A stretch of DNA of 64,000 nucleotides from an uncultured Christensenellaceae bacterium (GCA_964454685.1 CAYVTZ010000010.1:11776-75775), one strand, 5' to 3'. Positions 9,633-19,046 are shown, numbered from the stretch's first letter. Notes: a model not told the origin generated them from the sequence alone. Program-made: numbers and translations.

Positions 9633-10580
9633 TCAAACATTCACTTGCTTGATTACATTTTTCAGCACTTCTGCGCTGTGATGCAACTTCGCCACTTCAT
9701 CGTCCGTCATGCGCGGCATGACGTTGCCGCAAATACCTTTGGGGCCAAAGATGAAGGGAATAGACAGGCAAACGTCCTCGATTCCATATTCTCCATGCAG
9801 CATGGAGGAAACCGTCATCACCCGGTTGGAGCTGCCAAACAGGCAGTCCACGATGTGGCATACCGAGATTGCAATGGCGTAATAGGTCGCACCCTTGCGC
9901 TCAATGATCTTGCCACCCGAAGTGCGGATATAGTTTTCGATCTCATCGGGATTCAGCTTCGCTTTCACACGTCCGTTGAAGTTAAAGCCACCCTGCTCGT
10001 CTAGGATTTCCACGCTGCCGACGCGCGCGGTGGACCACGGCACAAAAGAGCTGTCTCCGTGTTCGCCCATGACATAAGCATGGATGCTCTTCTGGCTGAT
10101 ATCCAAATACTCCGCTAAACGCGAACGCAGGCGCGCGGTATCCAAAATGGTACCGGAGCCAATGATGCGGCTTTCCGGCAGTCCGGAAACCTTGCAGAAG
10201 GTGTATGTCAGCACGTCTACAGGATTACTCACCAGCAGATACACCGCATCCGGTGCATATTTTACGATTTCCGGCGCAATGGACTTGATGACGTCCACGT
10301 TGGTCTGCGCCAAATCAATGCGCGATTGTCCTACTTTTCTCGGGATGCCCGATGTGATGATGACAACATCCGAATCCTGCGCATCTTGATAGGTTCCTGC
10401 ATAGATCTGGATGGGGGAGCAAAACGGCGTGCCCTGACGGATATCCATTGCTTCGCCCAGTGCTTTTTCGGTGTTTACGTCGATCATCACGATCTCAGAC
10501 GCAAGCCCGTTTACCGCCATGGTATAGGTGATGGTAGCCCCGACGCTGCCCGCGCCGATGATGGTTACTTTTCTGCTCAT
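9633..10580 (-). CDS. mdh: NAD-dependent malate dehydrogenase of the LDH-like family
   Basis: [10 protein letters not shown] is the Rossmann motif. The substrate loop reads [11 protein letters not shown], with Arg where LDHs have Gln (AGANQKPGETR in B. subtilis LDH). GEHGDS is LDH-like. Co-location with fumC supports MDH. Confidence 0.65.
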   Translation of the reverse strand: MSRKVTIIGAGSVGATITYTMAVNGLASEIVMIDVNTEKALGEAMDIRQGTPFCSPIQIYAGTYQDAQDSDVVIITSGIPRKVGQSRIDLAQTNVDVIKSIAPEIVKYAPDAVYLLVSNPVDVLTYTFCKVSGLPESRIIGSGTILDTARLRSRLAEYLDISQKSIHAYVMGEHGDSSFVPWSTARVGSVEILDEQGGFNFNGRVKAKLNPDEIENYIRTSGGKIIERKGATYYAIAISVCHIVDCLFGSSNRVMTVSSMLHGEYGIEDVCLSIPFIFGPKGICGNVMPRMTDDEVAKLHHSAEVLKNVIKQVNV

Positions 10581-10672
10581 TTTAACATCCTCCTAAGGAT
10601 TACGATTGGTTTACTGTATGGCTTCTATTTTGTAATCTGCGGGAGCAAATGCCTCGCCCCCGCAAAAACAGT

Positions 10673-11689
10673 TTAAGCCTCGCTGCGCTGCGCGATCGCG
10701 CGCTTGACCTGCTCGGTGAAGGCCGGAACGATCTTCATCACATCCCCCACCACGCCATAGTCCGCCACCTCAAAGATGGGCGCATATTCGTCCTTATTGA
10801 TGGCAATGATTACATCGGAATCCTCCATGCCCGCCAAATGCTGAATCGCGCCGGAAATTCCGCAAGCAATATACAGATTGGGGCGCACGGTCTTGCCGGT
10901 CTGTCCCACCTGACGATCCTTGTCTACCCAGCCTGCATCCACGCAAGCACGTGAGGACGCAACGGTGCCGCCAAATGCCTCCGCCAAATCTTCCAAAAGT
11001 TTGAAGTTTTCGGGGCATCCCATGCCGCGTCCGCCGGACACCAGCACTTTTGCGTCTTGAATGTCCATCTTGTCGCTCACTTTTTTGATGATGTCCAAAA
11101 TCTGTACATTCACGCACTCTTTGGGCAGGTTCACCGGGAATTTCTCCACCTTTGCGTGGGACTCGATGGGGTGGATGCGCTGCATCACGCCGGGGCGCAC
11201 CGTCGCCATCTGCGGACGGAATTCCGGGCAAATGATGGTCGCCATGATGTTGCCGCCAAACGCAGGACGCGTCATGCGCAAATTCTTACTTTCCTCGTCC
11301 ACCTCAAGTCCGGTGCAGTCCGCCGTCAAGCCGGTGTGCACACGCGCAGAAACGCGAGGCGCAAGGTCTCGCCCGATTGCGGACGCACCATACAGCACGA
11401 TTTCGGGTTTCTTTTCTTCCACAATCTGTGTGAGCACATGGGTGTACGGCTCCGTCATGTATACTTCCAGTTCCGGTGCATCCGCAAGGATTACATTGTC
11501 CGCACCATAGCGTCCGAGTTTTTCCGCCAAAGCGTCAATGTTATGTCCCAGCACCACTGCCGTCACTTCCGTGTCCAGCGCTTTGGCAAGCTCCGTCGCC
11601 TTACTCACCAACTCCAGCGCAACGCCGGAGAGTTTTCCGTCTTCTTGTTGGGCAAAAACGAATACGCCCTTATAATCCTGAATATTCAT
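10673..11689 (-). CDS. etfA: Electron transfer flavoprotein alpha subunit
   Basis: 338 aa. The EtfA layout is typical, and the order bcd-etfB-etfA matches clostridial butyryl-CoA dehydrogenase/Etf operons. Confidence 0.9.
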   Translation of the reverse strand: MNIQDYKGVFVFAQQEDGKLSGVALELVSKATELAKALDTEVTAVVLGHNIDALAEKLGRYGADNVILADAPELEVYMTEPYTHVLTQIVEEKKPEIVLYGASAIGRDLAPRVSARVHTGLTADCTGLEVDEESKNLRMTRPAFGGNIMATIICPEFRPQMATVRPGVMQRIHPIESHAKVEKFPVNLPKECVNVQILDIIKKVSDKMDIQDAKVLVSGGRGMGCPENFKLLEDLAEAFGGTVASSRACVDAGWVDKDRQVGQTGKTVRPNLYIACGISGAIQHLAGMEDSDVIIAINKDEYAPIFEVADYGVVGDVMKIVPAFTEQVKRAIAQRSEA

Positions 11690-11702
11690 GCAACAAACCT
11701 CC

Positions 11703-12485
11703 TCAAATAATGAACTTGCTGCGGAGGCTGTCCATCAAAAACTCAACCGATTCCGCTATGTCCGTGTTGACCACCGTGCCCGCCGATTTCAGCGGCTTGG
11801 TGAAGGATTTGAACACGCGCGTCGGCGAACCCTTGAGTCCGATGTTCGTGCGATCCACGTCCAAATCTTCCAGCGTCCAAATGAGGACTTCCTTCTCACG
11901 ATATGCGTCCCAAACACCCGCGGGTGTCATGTAACGCGGCATATTCAGCTCCGCCAGCGCCGTAATCAGGCAGGGAAGCTGCGCTTTGATGATGTGGTAG
12001 CGATCCTCATATTGGCGCTTGACCACAATGCTCTTGTCCTGAATTTCGATCTCCTCCGCATAGCTGATGTTCGCCAGCTTCAGATGCTCCGCAATCTGCG
12101 GCCCCACCTGTGCGGTGTCGCCGTCAATCGCCTGTCTGCCTGTGATGATGAGGTCATACGGCAGTTTTTTGATGGCGGATGCCAGCGTGGAAGATGTCGC
12201 CCACGTGTCTGCGCCGCCAAATGCTCTGTCCGTCACCAAAATCGCCTCGTCTGCGCCCATCGCAAGCGCTTCACGCAGTGCGAGGTCAGCCTGCGGCGGC
12301 CCCATGGAAATCACGGTGACCTTTGCGCCGTGCTTATCCTTTAAACGCAGCGCCGCTTCCAGTCCCGCTTTGTCGTCGGGGTTGATGATGGAGGGTACTC
12401 CCTCACGAATGAGCGTTCCTGTTTTCGGATCCAAACGCACCTCGTTGGTATCCGGAACTTGTTTGATACATACAACAATATTCAC
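11703..12485 (-). CDS. etfB: Electron transfer flavoprotein beta subunit
   Basis: 260 aa. MNIVVCIKQVPDT... is the canonical EtfB N-terminus. Confidence 0.9.
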   Translation of the reverse strand: MNIVVCIKQVPDTNEVRLDPKTGTLIREGVPSIINPDDKAGLEAALRLKDKHGAKVTVISMGPPQADLALREALAMGADEAILVTDRAFGGADTWATSSTLASAIKKLPYDLIITGRQAIDGDTAQVGPQIAEHLKLANISYAEEIEIQDKSIVVKRQYEDRYHIIKAQLPCLITALAELNMPRYMTPAGVWDAYREKEVLIWTLEDLDVDRTNIGLKGSPTRVFKSFTKPLKSAGTVVNTDIAESVEFLMDSLRSKFII

Positions 12486-12501
12486 TGAGTTGTCCCTCCT
12501 G

Positions 12502-13641
12502 TTATTTCAGCAAGTCAGCAGAAATAACCATCCGCTGCACTTCGCTGGTGCCTTCGTAGATTTCCGTGATCTTCGCGTCGCGCATCATGCGCTCCACCGG
12601 ATATTCCCGCGTGTAGCCGTAACCGCCCATCAGCTGTACGCATTTGGTGGTCACTGCCATCGCGGTTTCCGCCGCATAAAGCTTCGCGGTTGCGGATTCC
12701 ACGGAATACCGATCCTTGGTGTCCTTTGCAATCGCCGCACGATAAACCAGCAGTTGTGCCGCATCAATGCGCGCTTTGAGGTCTGCCAGCGCAAACTGCG
12801 TGTTCTGGAAGTTTGCCAAAGGCTTGCCAAACTGCTTGCGCTCTTTCACATAGGCAACCGTCTCGTTGAACGCGCCTTCCGCAATACCCAGCGCCTGCGC
12901 CGCAATCCCGATGCGCCCGCCGTCCAGCGTCGCCATCGCGATTTTAAAGCCCTGACCCTCTTTGCCCAGCATGTTTTCCTTGGGTACGATGCAGTTTTCC
13001 ATAATCAGCTCTGCCGTCGCACTGCCGCGGATACCCATTTTGCGCTCTTTTTTGCCTACCGAGAATCCGGGGAAATCCTTTTCCACAATGAATGCGGAAA
13101 TGCCGCGTGTACCCTGGGATTTATCCGTCATCGCAAAGATGATGTAGATGTCCGCATAGCCCGCGTTTGTAATGAAGATTTTGCTGCCGCTGATGATATA
13201 ATTGTCACCCTCCAGCACCGCCTTCGTCTGCTGTCCGGAAGCATCCGTGCCCGCGCCCGCTTCGGTCAGTCCAAACGCGCCGATCTTTTCGCCCTTTGCC
13301 AGCGGAACCAGATATTTCTGCTTCTGTTCTTCCGTGCCAAACTGCTTGATTGGGTTTGCGCCCAGCGAGGTATGCGCGGAAACGATTACGCCCGTGGTCG
13401 CGCAGACCTTGGAAAGCTCCTCCACGCACATCGCATACGCCAGCGTATCGCAACCCTGTCCACCGTATTCTTTGGGGAAGGGTATGCCCAAAAAGCCGTA
13501 TTGTTTCATTTTTTCTACCGTCTCTGCCGGAAAGCGTTCTTCTTCGTCCACTTCCTCCGCAAGCGGTTTCACTTCCTGCTCGGCAAACGCACGATACAGC
13601 GTTTGCAGCATTTGATGTTCTTTGCTTAATGTGAAATCCAT
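12502..13641 (-). CDS. bcd: Short-chain acyl-CoA (butyryl-CoA) dehydrogenase
   Basis: 379 aa acyl-CoA dehydrogenase fold (GLTEAGAGTDA, QLMGGYGYTREYPVERMMRDAKITEIYEGTSEVQ), directly upstream of etfBA. Confidence 0.85.
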   Translation of the reverse strand: MDFTLSKEHQMLQTLYRAFAEQEVKPLAEEVDEEERFPAETVEKMKQYGFLGIPFPKEYGGQGCDTLAYAMCVEELSKVCATTGVIVSAHTSLGANPIKQFGTEEQKQKYLVPLAKGEKIGAFGLTEAGAGTDASGQQTKAVLEGDNYIISGSKIFITNAGYADIYIIFAMTDKSQGTRGISAFIVEKDFPGFSVGKKERKMGIRGSATAELIMENCIVPKENMLGKEGQGFKIAMATLDGGRIGIAAQALGIAEGAFNETVAYVKERKQFGKPLANFQNTQFALADLKARIDAAQLLVYRAAIAKDTKDRYSVESATAKLYAAETAMAVTTKCVQLMGGYGYTREYPVERMMRDAKITEIYEGTSEVQRMVISADLLK

Positions 13642-13748
13642 ATCTTTCTCCTAAAATATTATTGTGCGGTGTGGGTTGCCCCATCTCGCGTTTTTTATAT
13701 GACACAGCACGCAAGGACTTGCCCCGCGCGCCGTCACGTGAACTCTCG

Positions 13749-15107
13749 TTATGCCCAGATCTCGTCGTCCGTCGGCACCTTTTTGTTCGGATCGAACAAC
13801 GCGATGCGCGAAATGTTGATCAGATGCGTGTAGTTGAGGTTCTCGGAGATACTGTTGTTACCCCAGGAACCGCAGCCCAGCGTCGTTGTGGGCGCCAGAC
13901 CGTTCGTCAGCGCGCCGCCCGCCGTTGTCGAGGAAGGCTGGTTGACCACAATACGGCTAACCGGCATCTTCTCTCCCACCATGCGGATGTGCTCCTGATC
14001 ATTCGAGTGAATCGCGCAGGTGTGCCCTTTGCCTTCGTAGTCAAGGTTCTCGTATGCAATGTGCATCGCGTCCTCGAAGGTGTCATAGGGGATTGCCACC
14101 ATGAAGGGGCACATTTTTTCTTTGCACAGCACGTCCGCACGGCCAAAGCCACGGCCTTTAAGAATCACCACTTTGGTATCCTCCGGCACTGCAATGCCTG
14201 CAAGCCCTGCAACCTTCTGCACGCTCTGTCCAACCACATCCTTGCCGATCACCCCGCCGGGGAACAGCGTCTGCGCAAATTTTTCCACCTGTGCCGGATC
14301 GTCGATATAGTATGCGCCGTTTGCTTTAAACGCGTCAATTACCTTGTCAAATTCATCCTTGGGCGCAATCACGCTCTGCTCGCCCGAGCAGATGATACCG
14401 TTGTCGAATTTACGACCTGCGATCACTTTCGCCGCAGCGTCATTGTAGTCAATGCCCTTGTCGATGATGACCTGCACATTGCCGGGGCCAACGCCGAGTG
14501 CCGGCTTGCCGCTGGAATATGCGGATTTCACCATTGCGCCGCCGCCTGTTGCCACCACAACGTCCGCCGCACCCATCAATTCCTGCGTGGTATCCAGCGA
14601 GGGAGTTTCGATGGTCTGGATCAGATCCTCCGGCAACCCAAGCGCCTTGAGCTCCGCGCGGAACAAATCTACCACGTATTTGTTGAGCGCCGCCGTGCGC
14701 GGATGCGGCGCAACCACGATGGCATTCTTCCCTTTCAGTGCAAACATTGCGTTGCACATGGGGGTCACAACCGGATTGGTCACCGGCGTTACCGCGCCTA
14801 CAACACCCTTGGGTTTCGCTACTTTGATGATGTTGTTTTCTTTGTCCTCTTCAATGATACCGTAGGACTTTTTGCCTTTCAGGCTGTTCCAGATGCACTT
14901 GGACTTGCCTTTGCACTTTGCCACTTTGTCCTCATAGACGCCCATGCCGGATTCGTCTACCGCACGGCGCGAAAGCTCTTCCGCACGATCATAGACCACC
15001 TTGCCAATCGCCCGCACCGCAGCATCCACTTGCTCCTGCGTCGCGTTTTTCTCGTATTCCGCCTGCGCCACCCGTGCGCGTTCGATCAATTCTGACACTG
15101 TTGCCAT
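13749..15107 (-). CDS. sucD: CoA-acylating succinate-semialdehyde dehydrogenase (succinyl-CoA reductase)
   Basis: Long stretches match my memory of Clostridium kluyveri SucD: GMGVYEDKVAKC, KPKGVVGAVTPVTNPVVTPMCNAM, GPGNVQVI, CKEKMCP and TLGCGSWGNNSISENL. I prefer the start at MATVSELIERA (15107), with AGGAGG 10 nt upstream. Confidence 0.85.
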   Translation of the reverse strand: MATVSELIERARVAQAEYEKNATQEQVDAAVRAIGKVVYDRAEELSRRAVDESGMGVYEDKVAKCKGKSKCIWNSLKGKKSYGIIEEDKENNIIKVAKPKGVVGAVTPVTNPVVTPMCNAMFALKGKNAIVVAPHPRTAALNKYVVDLFRAELKALGLPEDLIQTIETPSLDTTQELMGAADVVVATGGGAMVKSAYSSGKPALGVGPGNVQVIIDKGIDYNDAAAKVIAGRKFDNGIICSGEQSVIAPKDEFDKVIDAFKANGAYYIDDPAQVEKFAQTLFPGGVIGKDVVGQSVQKVAGLAGIAVPEDTKVVILKGRGFGRADVLCKEKMCPFMVAIPYDTFEDAMHIAYENLDYEGKGHTCAIHSNDQEHIRMVGEKMPVSRIVVNQPSSTTAGGALTNGLAPTTTLGCGSWGNNSISENLNYTHLINISRIALFDPNKKVPTDDEIWA

Positions 15108-15265
15108 TCTTTCAAATCCTCCTGCAAACTTTTTTATTTTAAGATCAAACATCTTTGTTTAAAACTTCACAATACTATTATAGGCTCTTTCCCGCGCGAT
15201 TCAAAGTTATGTAAGTAAAAAAACTTGTCAAACTTTTGATTGCAGTAGAAAATTATGTCCGGCGG

Positions 15266-15273
15266 TGTATAAT
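15266..15273 (+). promoter_or_regulatory. Candidate extended -10 (TGTATAAT) for cat1 in the sucD/cat1 divergent region
   Basis: TGTATAAT lies about 115 nt upstream of the cat1 ATG. No good -35 is present. Confidence 0.3.
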
Positions 15274-15386
15274 ATAAGAAATAGTGAACAAAATTTCTTT
15301 TCATACGCAGTGCAGTTTGATAGATTCCGGACAACACGGGTCTGATTTCGGCGGCTGCGCATCAAAGATGACGGAGGTTTCCAAAT

Positions 15387-16850
15387 ATGAATGACAGAAT
15401 TAAATGCGAAAAATTTTTGAGCAAGGTGATGAGCGCAGAGGACGCTGCCAAACTGGTGTTTCCCGGTGCGACCATCGGCATGAGCGGTTTTACTCCCGCA
15501 GGACATGCCAAGGCGGTGCCGCTTGCGATTGCAAAACGCGCTGAGGCGGGTGAAATCCGCGATCTCACCGTTATGACGGGCGCTTCCGTCGGCGATGAGA
15601 TTGACGGCGCACTGGTGCGTTCCGGCGCAATGAAGCGCCGCACCCCCTATCAAACGCACTCCGAGCTGCGCAACGCCATCAATGCAGGAAAAATTGACTA
15701 TTATGATGTACACCTCAGTCAGGTTCCTGTCTGGGCAAAAAGCGGCTTCTTCGGCGAAATCGACTTTGCCATCGTGGAAATCTCCGGCATTGACGAGCAA
15801 GGGCACATCATCCCTTCCACTTCCATCGGCGCGGCAAACACCTACGTGGATTGTGCCAAACAGGTGATTTTCGAGCTGAATGTCTCGCAGCCGGAAAGCC
15901 TCAAGGGGCTGCACGACATCTACACCGTCGCACCCGCGCCCAATACACTCCCCATCCCGATTGTGCATGCGGATGATCGTATCGGCACAGAATATTACCC
16001 CTGCGATTTTGACAAAATCGCGGCAATCGTCATTACAGACATTCCAGATCGCGGACGCGCCGTGCCGCCGGTGGACGAGATTTCACAGAAAATCGCGGAC
16101 AACATCATCGAGCTGATCACCAAAGAAACCGAGGCAGGCCGTTTGCCCGTGCCGCTTCCCCCGCTGCAATCCGGTGTGGGCGGCGTTGCAAATGCCGTGC
16201 TTGCAGGACTGGAAAAGTCTTCCTTCACGGATTTAGTGGTCTACTCCGAGGTCTTGCAGGATGCCGTGTTCACACTCATCGACTCCGGCAAGATTGCTTT
16301 TGCATCCGGCACAGCGCTCACCATTTCGCCGGATTTCGAGGAGCACTATAATGCGCACTTTGAGGAATACCGTTCCAAAGTCATGTTGCGCCCTCAGGAA
16401 ATTTCCAATCATCCCGAAGTCATCCGTCGCCTGGGACTCGTTGCCATGAACACCGTCATCGAAGCAGACATCTATGGCAACACCAACTCCACGCATATCA
16501 ACGGCACGCGCATGATGAACGGTATCGGCGGCAGCGGCGACTTTGCGCAGAACGCAGGGCTTTCCATTTTTATGACGCCCTCCACCGCAAAAGGCGGCGC
16601 CATCTCCTCTATCGTGCCTTTTGTGACGCATGTCGACCACACGGAGCATGATATCCATTTCCTTGTCACAGAATATGGCTATGCGGACTTACGGGCAAAA
16701 ACACCGAAGGAGCGCGCGCATCTCATCATCGAGAATTGCGCACATCCCGATTTCCGCCCCATGCTGCGCGAATATGTGGAGCTTTCCTGCACGGAATGCC
16801 GCAGCGCCAGCCAGACGCCGCATGTGCTCAGCAAGGTGTTCAACAAATAA
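15387..16850 (+). CDS. cat1: Succinyl-CoA:CoA transferase (acetyl-CoA hydrolase/transferase family)
   Basis: 487 aa. SGFTPAGHAKAVP, QSGVGGVANAVLAGL, MMNGIGGSGDFA and VTHVDHTEHD match remembered C. kluyveri Cat1/AarC-type sequences. Confidence 0.85.
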   Translation: MNDRIKCEKFLSKVMSAEDAAKLVFPGATIGMSGFTPAGHAKAVPLAIAKRAEAGEIRDLTVMTGASVGDEIDGALVRSGAMKRRTPYQTHSELRNAINAGKIDYYDVHLSQVPVWAKSGFFGEIDFAIVEISGIDEQGHIIPSTSIGAANTYVDCAKQVIFELNVSQPESLKGLHDIYTVAPAPNTLPIPIVHADDRIGTEYYPCDFDKIAAIVITDIPDRGRAVPPVDEISQKIADNIIELITKETEAGRLPVPLPPLQSGVGGVANAVLAGLEKSSFTDLVVYSEVLQDAVFTLIDSGKIAFASGTALTISPDFEEHYNAHFEEYRSKVMLRPQEISNHPEVIRRLGLVAMNTVIEADIYGNTNSTHINGTRMMNGIGGSGDFAQNAGLSIFMTPSTAKGGAISSIVPFVTHVDHTEHDIHFLVTEYGYADLRAKTPKERAHLIIENCAHPDFRPMLREYVELSCTECRSASQTPHVLSKVFNK

Positions 16851-16867
16851 TTGCAGATTCCATCCAA

Positions 16868-16893
16868 CCGCCTCAGATTCTGAGGCGGTTTTT
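16868..16893 (+). terminator. Rho-independent terminator after cat1
   Basis: CCGCCTCAG-ATT-CTGAGGCGG followed by TTTTT. Confidence 0.8.
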
Positions 16894-17085
16894 GAGGAAG
16901 ATGGTGTTTTCATGAAACCGCAAAAACACATCAGCATTGACGACGCAGTATGATCGTGTTGAAAAGTATGATGCTCGCTCTGCCGGTAGGCAAATCGTGT
17001 TTCTGATTCATCATTGCATCCGAGATTTCGAAGCCCGGCACGACAAGATCGCATTGGAGGAAACCAAACAATCTTAGGAGGAATC

Positions 17086-17634
17086 ATGTCCTACGTGAAC
17101 GAAGTATTAGAGTTCAATCGGGAATTTGTAAAAAACAAGGAGTACGAGCAGTACGCCACCACCAAGTACCCCAACAAAAAAATCGCCGTGCTATCCTGCA
17201 TGGACACACGGCTGACAGAATTATTGCCCGCCGCATTGGGTTTTAAAAACGGTGATATCAAAATCATCAAGAATGCAGGCGGCGTAATTTCCCACCCATT
17301 TGGCAGTGCCATGCGCAGCCTTCTTGTGGCGATTTATGAGCTAAATGTCGAAGAGATTTTCGTGGTCGGGCATTATGATTGCGGAATGCAGTCCTTGCAA
17401 CCGCAACGCATGATCAAAAAGATGAAGCAGCGCGGCATCAGCGAAAAAGAACTGGATATGATCGAATACTGCGGCGTGGACCTTGAGCACTGGTTCAAAG
17501 GTTTTGAAGATCCTGCCGAATCAGTCGCCGCAACCGTAGGCGTGATTGTACATCATCCCCTCATTCCCAAAGATATCAAAGTTGCCGGCTTTGTCATAGA
17601 CCCCTTAACGGGGCAGTTGGATGTGGTAGAATAA
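17086..17634 (+). CDS. Beta-class carbonic anhydrase
   Basis: I place the start at MSYVNE (AGGAGG 5 nt upstream). The zinc ligand pattern is SCMDTRL ... HYDCG. Confidence 0.8.
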   Translation: MSYVNEVLEFNREFVKNKEYEQYATTKYPNKKIAVLSCMDTRLTELLPAALGFKNGDIKIIKNAGGVISHPFGSAMRSLLVAIYELNVEEIFVVGHYDCGMQSLQPQRMIKKMKQRGISEKELDMIEYCGVDLEHWFKGFEDPAESVAATVGVIVHHPLIPKDIKVAGFVIDPLTGQLDVVE

Positions 17635-17755
17635 TCGCACATCGTTCCCTTTAGTTTCAGCAATTCCAAGCTGCTTGAAAACGCTTGCAGACCTATTTTT
17701 TATACTTGACTTTACATGTAAATGTGATTTATTTATCACTTTTCAGGAGGTTGCT

Positions 17756-18166
17756 GTGAAAGCGTTGTACAAGTTTTGTCCGTTTCAATTTGGATATTTG
17801 GGTTTTCTCGGTTTTCTTGGCTTCTCCTATTACAGCGCTCCAATGCAGTCTAGTGCATTGCTGTTGTTCTTTGCACTGTTTGGCTTATTCGGCTGCTTCT
17901 TTGTACAAAATGTAAACATTGGCATTCTTGCGTTGGGCGAGGAAGGTCGCTTGCTCGCAGAAAAGAAAGATGAGCGTTATCTGCGCAATAGGCAAAAATC
18001 CATGCGCAACGCTTTTTTCTGTTCATTAATACAACTTAGCGTACTATGTATTTTTGCAAGCGCCACACATCTAACGCAAGTGCAGCTTGTATTACTCTGC
18101 GCATTTGGCATCGTTGCAATCAGCCTCACCTACTGTATTTCTTTCTACTGCTTGGAAAAGAGGTAA
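17756..18166 (+). CDS. Small multi-pass membrane protein (DUF3796-like)
   Basis: GTG start with AGGAGG upstream. It carries a GFLGFLGF motif, DERYLRNRQKS and hydrophobic helices. The pairing with a short XRE regulator is the usual context for this family, from memory. Confidence 0.5.
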   Translation: MKALYKFCPFQFGYLGFLGFLGFSYYSAPMQSSALLLFFALFGLFGCFFVQNVNIGILALGEEGRLLAEKKDERYLRNRQKSMRNAFFCSLIQLSVLCIFASATHLTQVQLVLLCAFGIVAISLTYCISFYCLEKR

Positions 18167-18172
18167 CCGCAT

Positions 18173-18376
18173 ATGGGCAATTTCCAGTGCAATTTGAAAA
18201 AATATCGCGTCTTGAAAGAGCTTTCTCAAGAAGAACTCGCCGCAATTGTTGGCGTGCGGCGCGAGACGATTGTACGGCTGGAAGCAAGTAAGTATAATCC
18301 ATCACTCAAACTCGCCATGGATGTTTCCCGTGCTGTGGAAGCCCCGCTTGAGGAGTTGTTTTGCTTCGGCAGGTAG
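18173..18376 (+). CDS. XRE-family helix-turn-helix transcriptional regulator
   Basis: 67 aa. LSQEELAAIVGVRRETIVRLEASKYNPSLKLAMDVSRAV is a canonical HTH_XRE segment. Confidence 0.75.
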   Translation: MGNFQCNLKKYRVLKELSQEELAAIVGVRRETIVRLEASKYNPSLKLAMDVSRAVEAPLEELFCFGR

Positions 18377-18377
18377 T

Positions 18378-19046
18378 TCACCCAAACACATTCTCCCGAT
18401 ATCGGTACACCGTGCAGGGGCGCCCCCCCGTGCAGTCGTCTTGCGTCTGCTCCAGCTCTCCTATCGCGCTCAAATATGCTAAATAGCGCTGCACCGTGAT
18501 GCGTGAAACGCGCACCTTCTTCACCAGTTCACCACAGGTAAAATGCGTGTCCGGTTCACGCGCCAGCACCGCGCGAATGGTTTCCAAGGTCTTTTGTTGT
18601 AATCCTTTGGGGAGCATCGGCGCATCCACGATTCCTTTTTTGACGCTGTCAGCCATCTCCTGCGTCAAAACCGGTCGATCATAAATCTGCAATCGCCGCA
18701 AAAAGCGTCCAACCGCCTGTTCAAACCGTGTACGATCAAATGGATCGATCAGGCAGTCTGCTACGCCCAAACGCATGGCACAGTTCAGCGTCTCCCGATC
18801 CCCTCGGGCAAGATATGCAATCGCCTCCACCGGCTCTCCTGCCAAACGCAGATCGCGCAACAGGGTCAGCCCGCGTTGCGGCTGATGACGCAAGTCCAGC
18901 AATAGCAAGTCCGCTTGCGCCAGACGACTGATTTCCGCACCTTCCTGCAAAACAGTCTCGAAATAAAATTCGCTGCCGCGGATCATATCCATCATCGGCT
19001 CGCGTGCTTCTCCTTCTCCCGATTTCACCACTGTCATGCGATACAT
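18378..19046 (-). CDS. CitB/DcuR/CitT-family response regulator with a degenerate (pseudo-)receiver domain
   Basis: Hand alignment to B. subtilis CitT. The C-terminal HTH VSRITVQRYLAYLSAIGELEQT...GGRPCTVYRY matches the family. In the receiver, the acidic pair EDD is KSG, the conserved Thr is replaced and the conserved Lys (LIKP) is LIDP. The Asp in LLLLDL is retained. No histidine kinase is present in the window. Confidence 0.7.
   Translation of the reverse strand: MYRMTVVKSGEGEAREPMMDMIRGSEFYFETVLQEGAEISRLAQADLLLLDLRHQPQRGLTLLRDLRLAGEPVEAIAYLARGDRETLNCAMRLGVADCLIDPFDRTRFEQAVGRFLRRLQIYDRPVLTQEMADSVKKGIVDAPMLPKGLQQKTLETIRAVLAREPDTHFTCGELVKKVRVSRITVQRYLAYLSAIGELEQTQDDCTGGRPCTVYRYRENVFG

Noticed and set aside
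9633-10580. L-lactate dehydrogenase.
   Set aside because: The substrate-specificity loop has Arg (IPRK) where LDHs have Gln, and the gene is adjacent to fumC. The LDH-like malate dehydrogenase call is preferred, though the assignment still needs a real alignment.
12067-13629. A very long plus-strand ORF (520 aa). Similar long frames occur at 13662-15095, 19004-20326, 23027-24589, 54502-55137 and 59649-61145.
   Set aside because: These are shadow frames antisense to genes with strong, recognisable homology (bcd/etfB, sucD, 4hbD, abfD, fucI, the SBP). Their translations are Arg/Cys/His-rich with low complexity, they lack RBSs, and they are the expected artefact of GC-rich coding DNA.
16905-16953. 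A tiny ORF (MKPQKHISIDDAV) between cat1 and the carbonic anhydrase gene.
   Set aside because: It is 13 codons long, has no convincing RBS and has no supporting feature.
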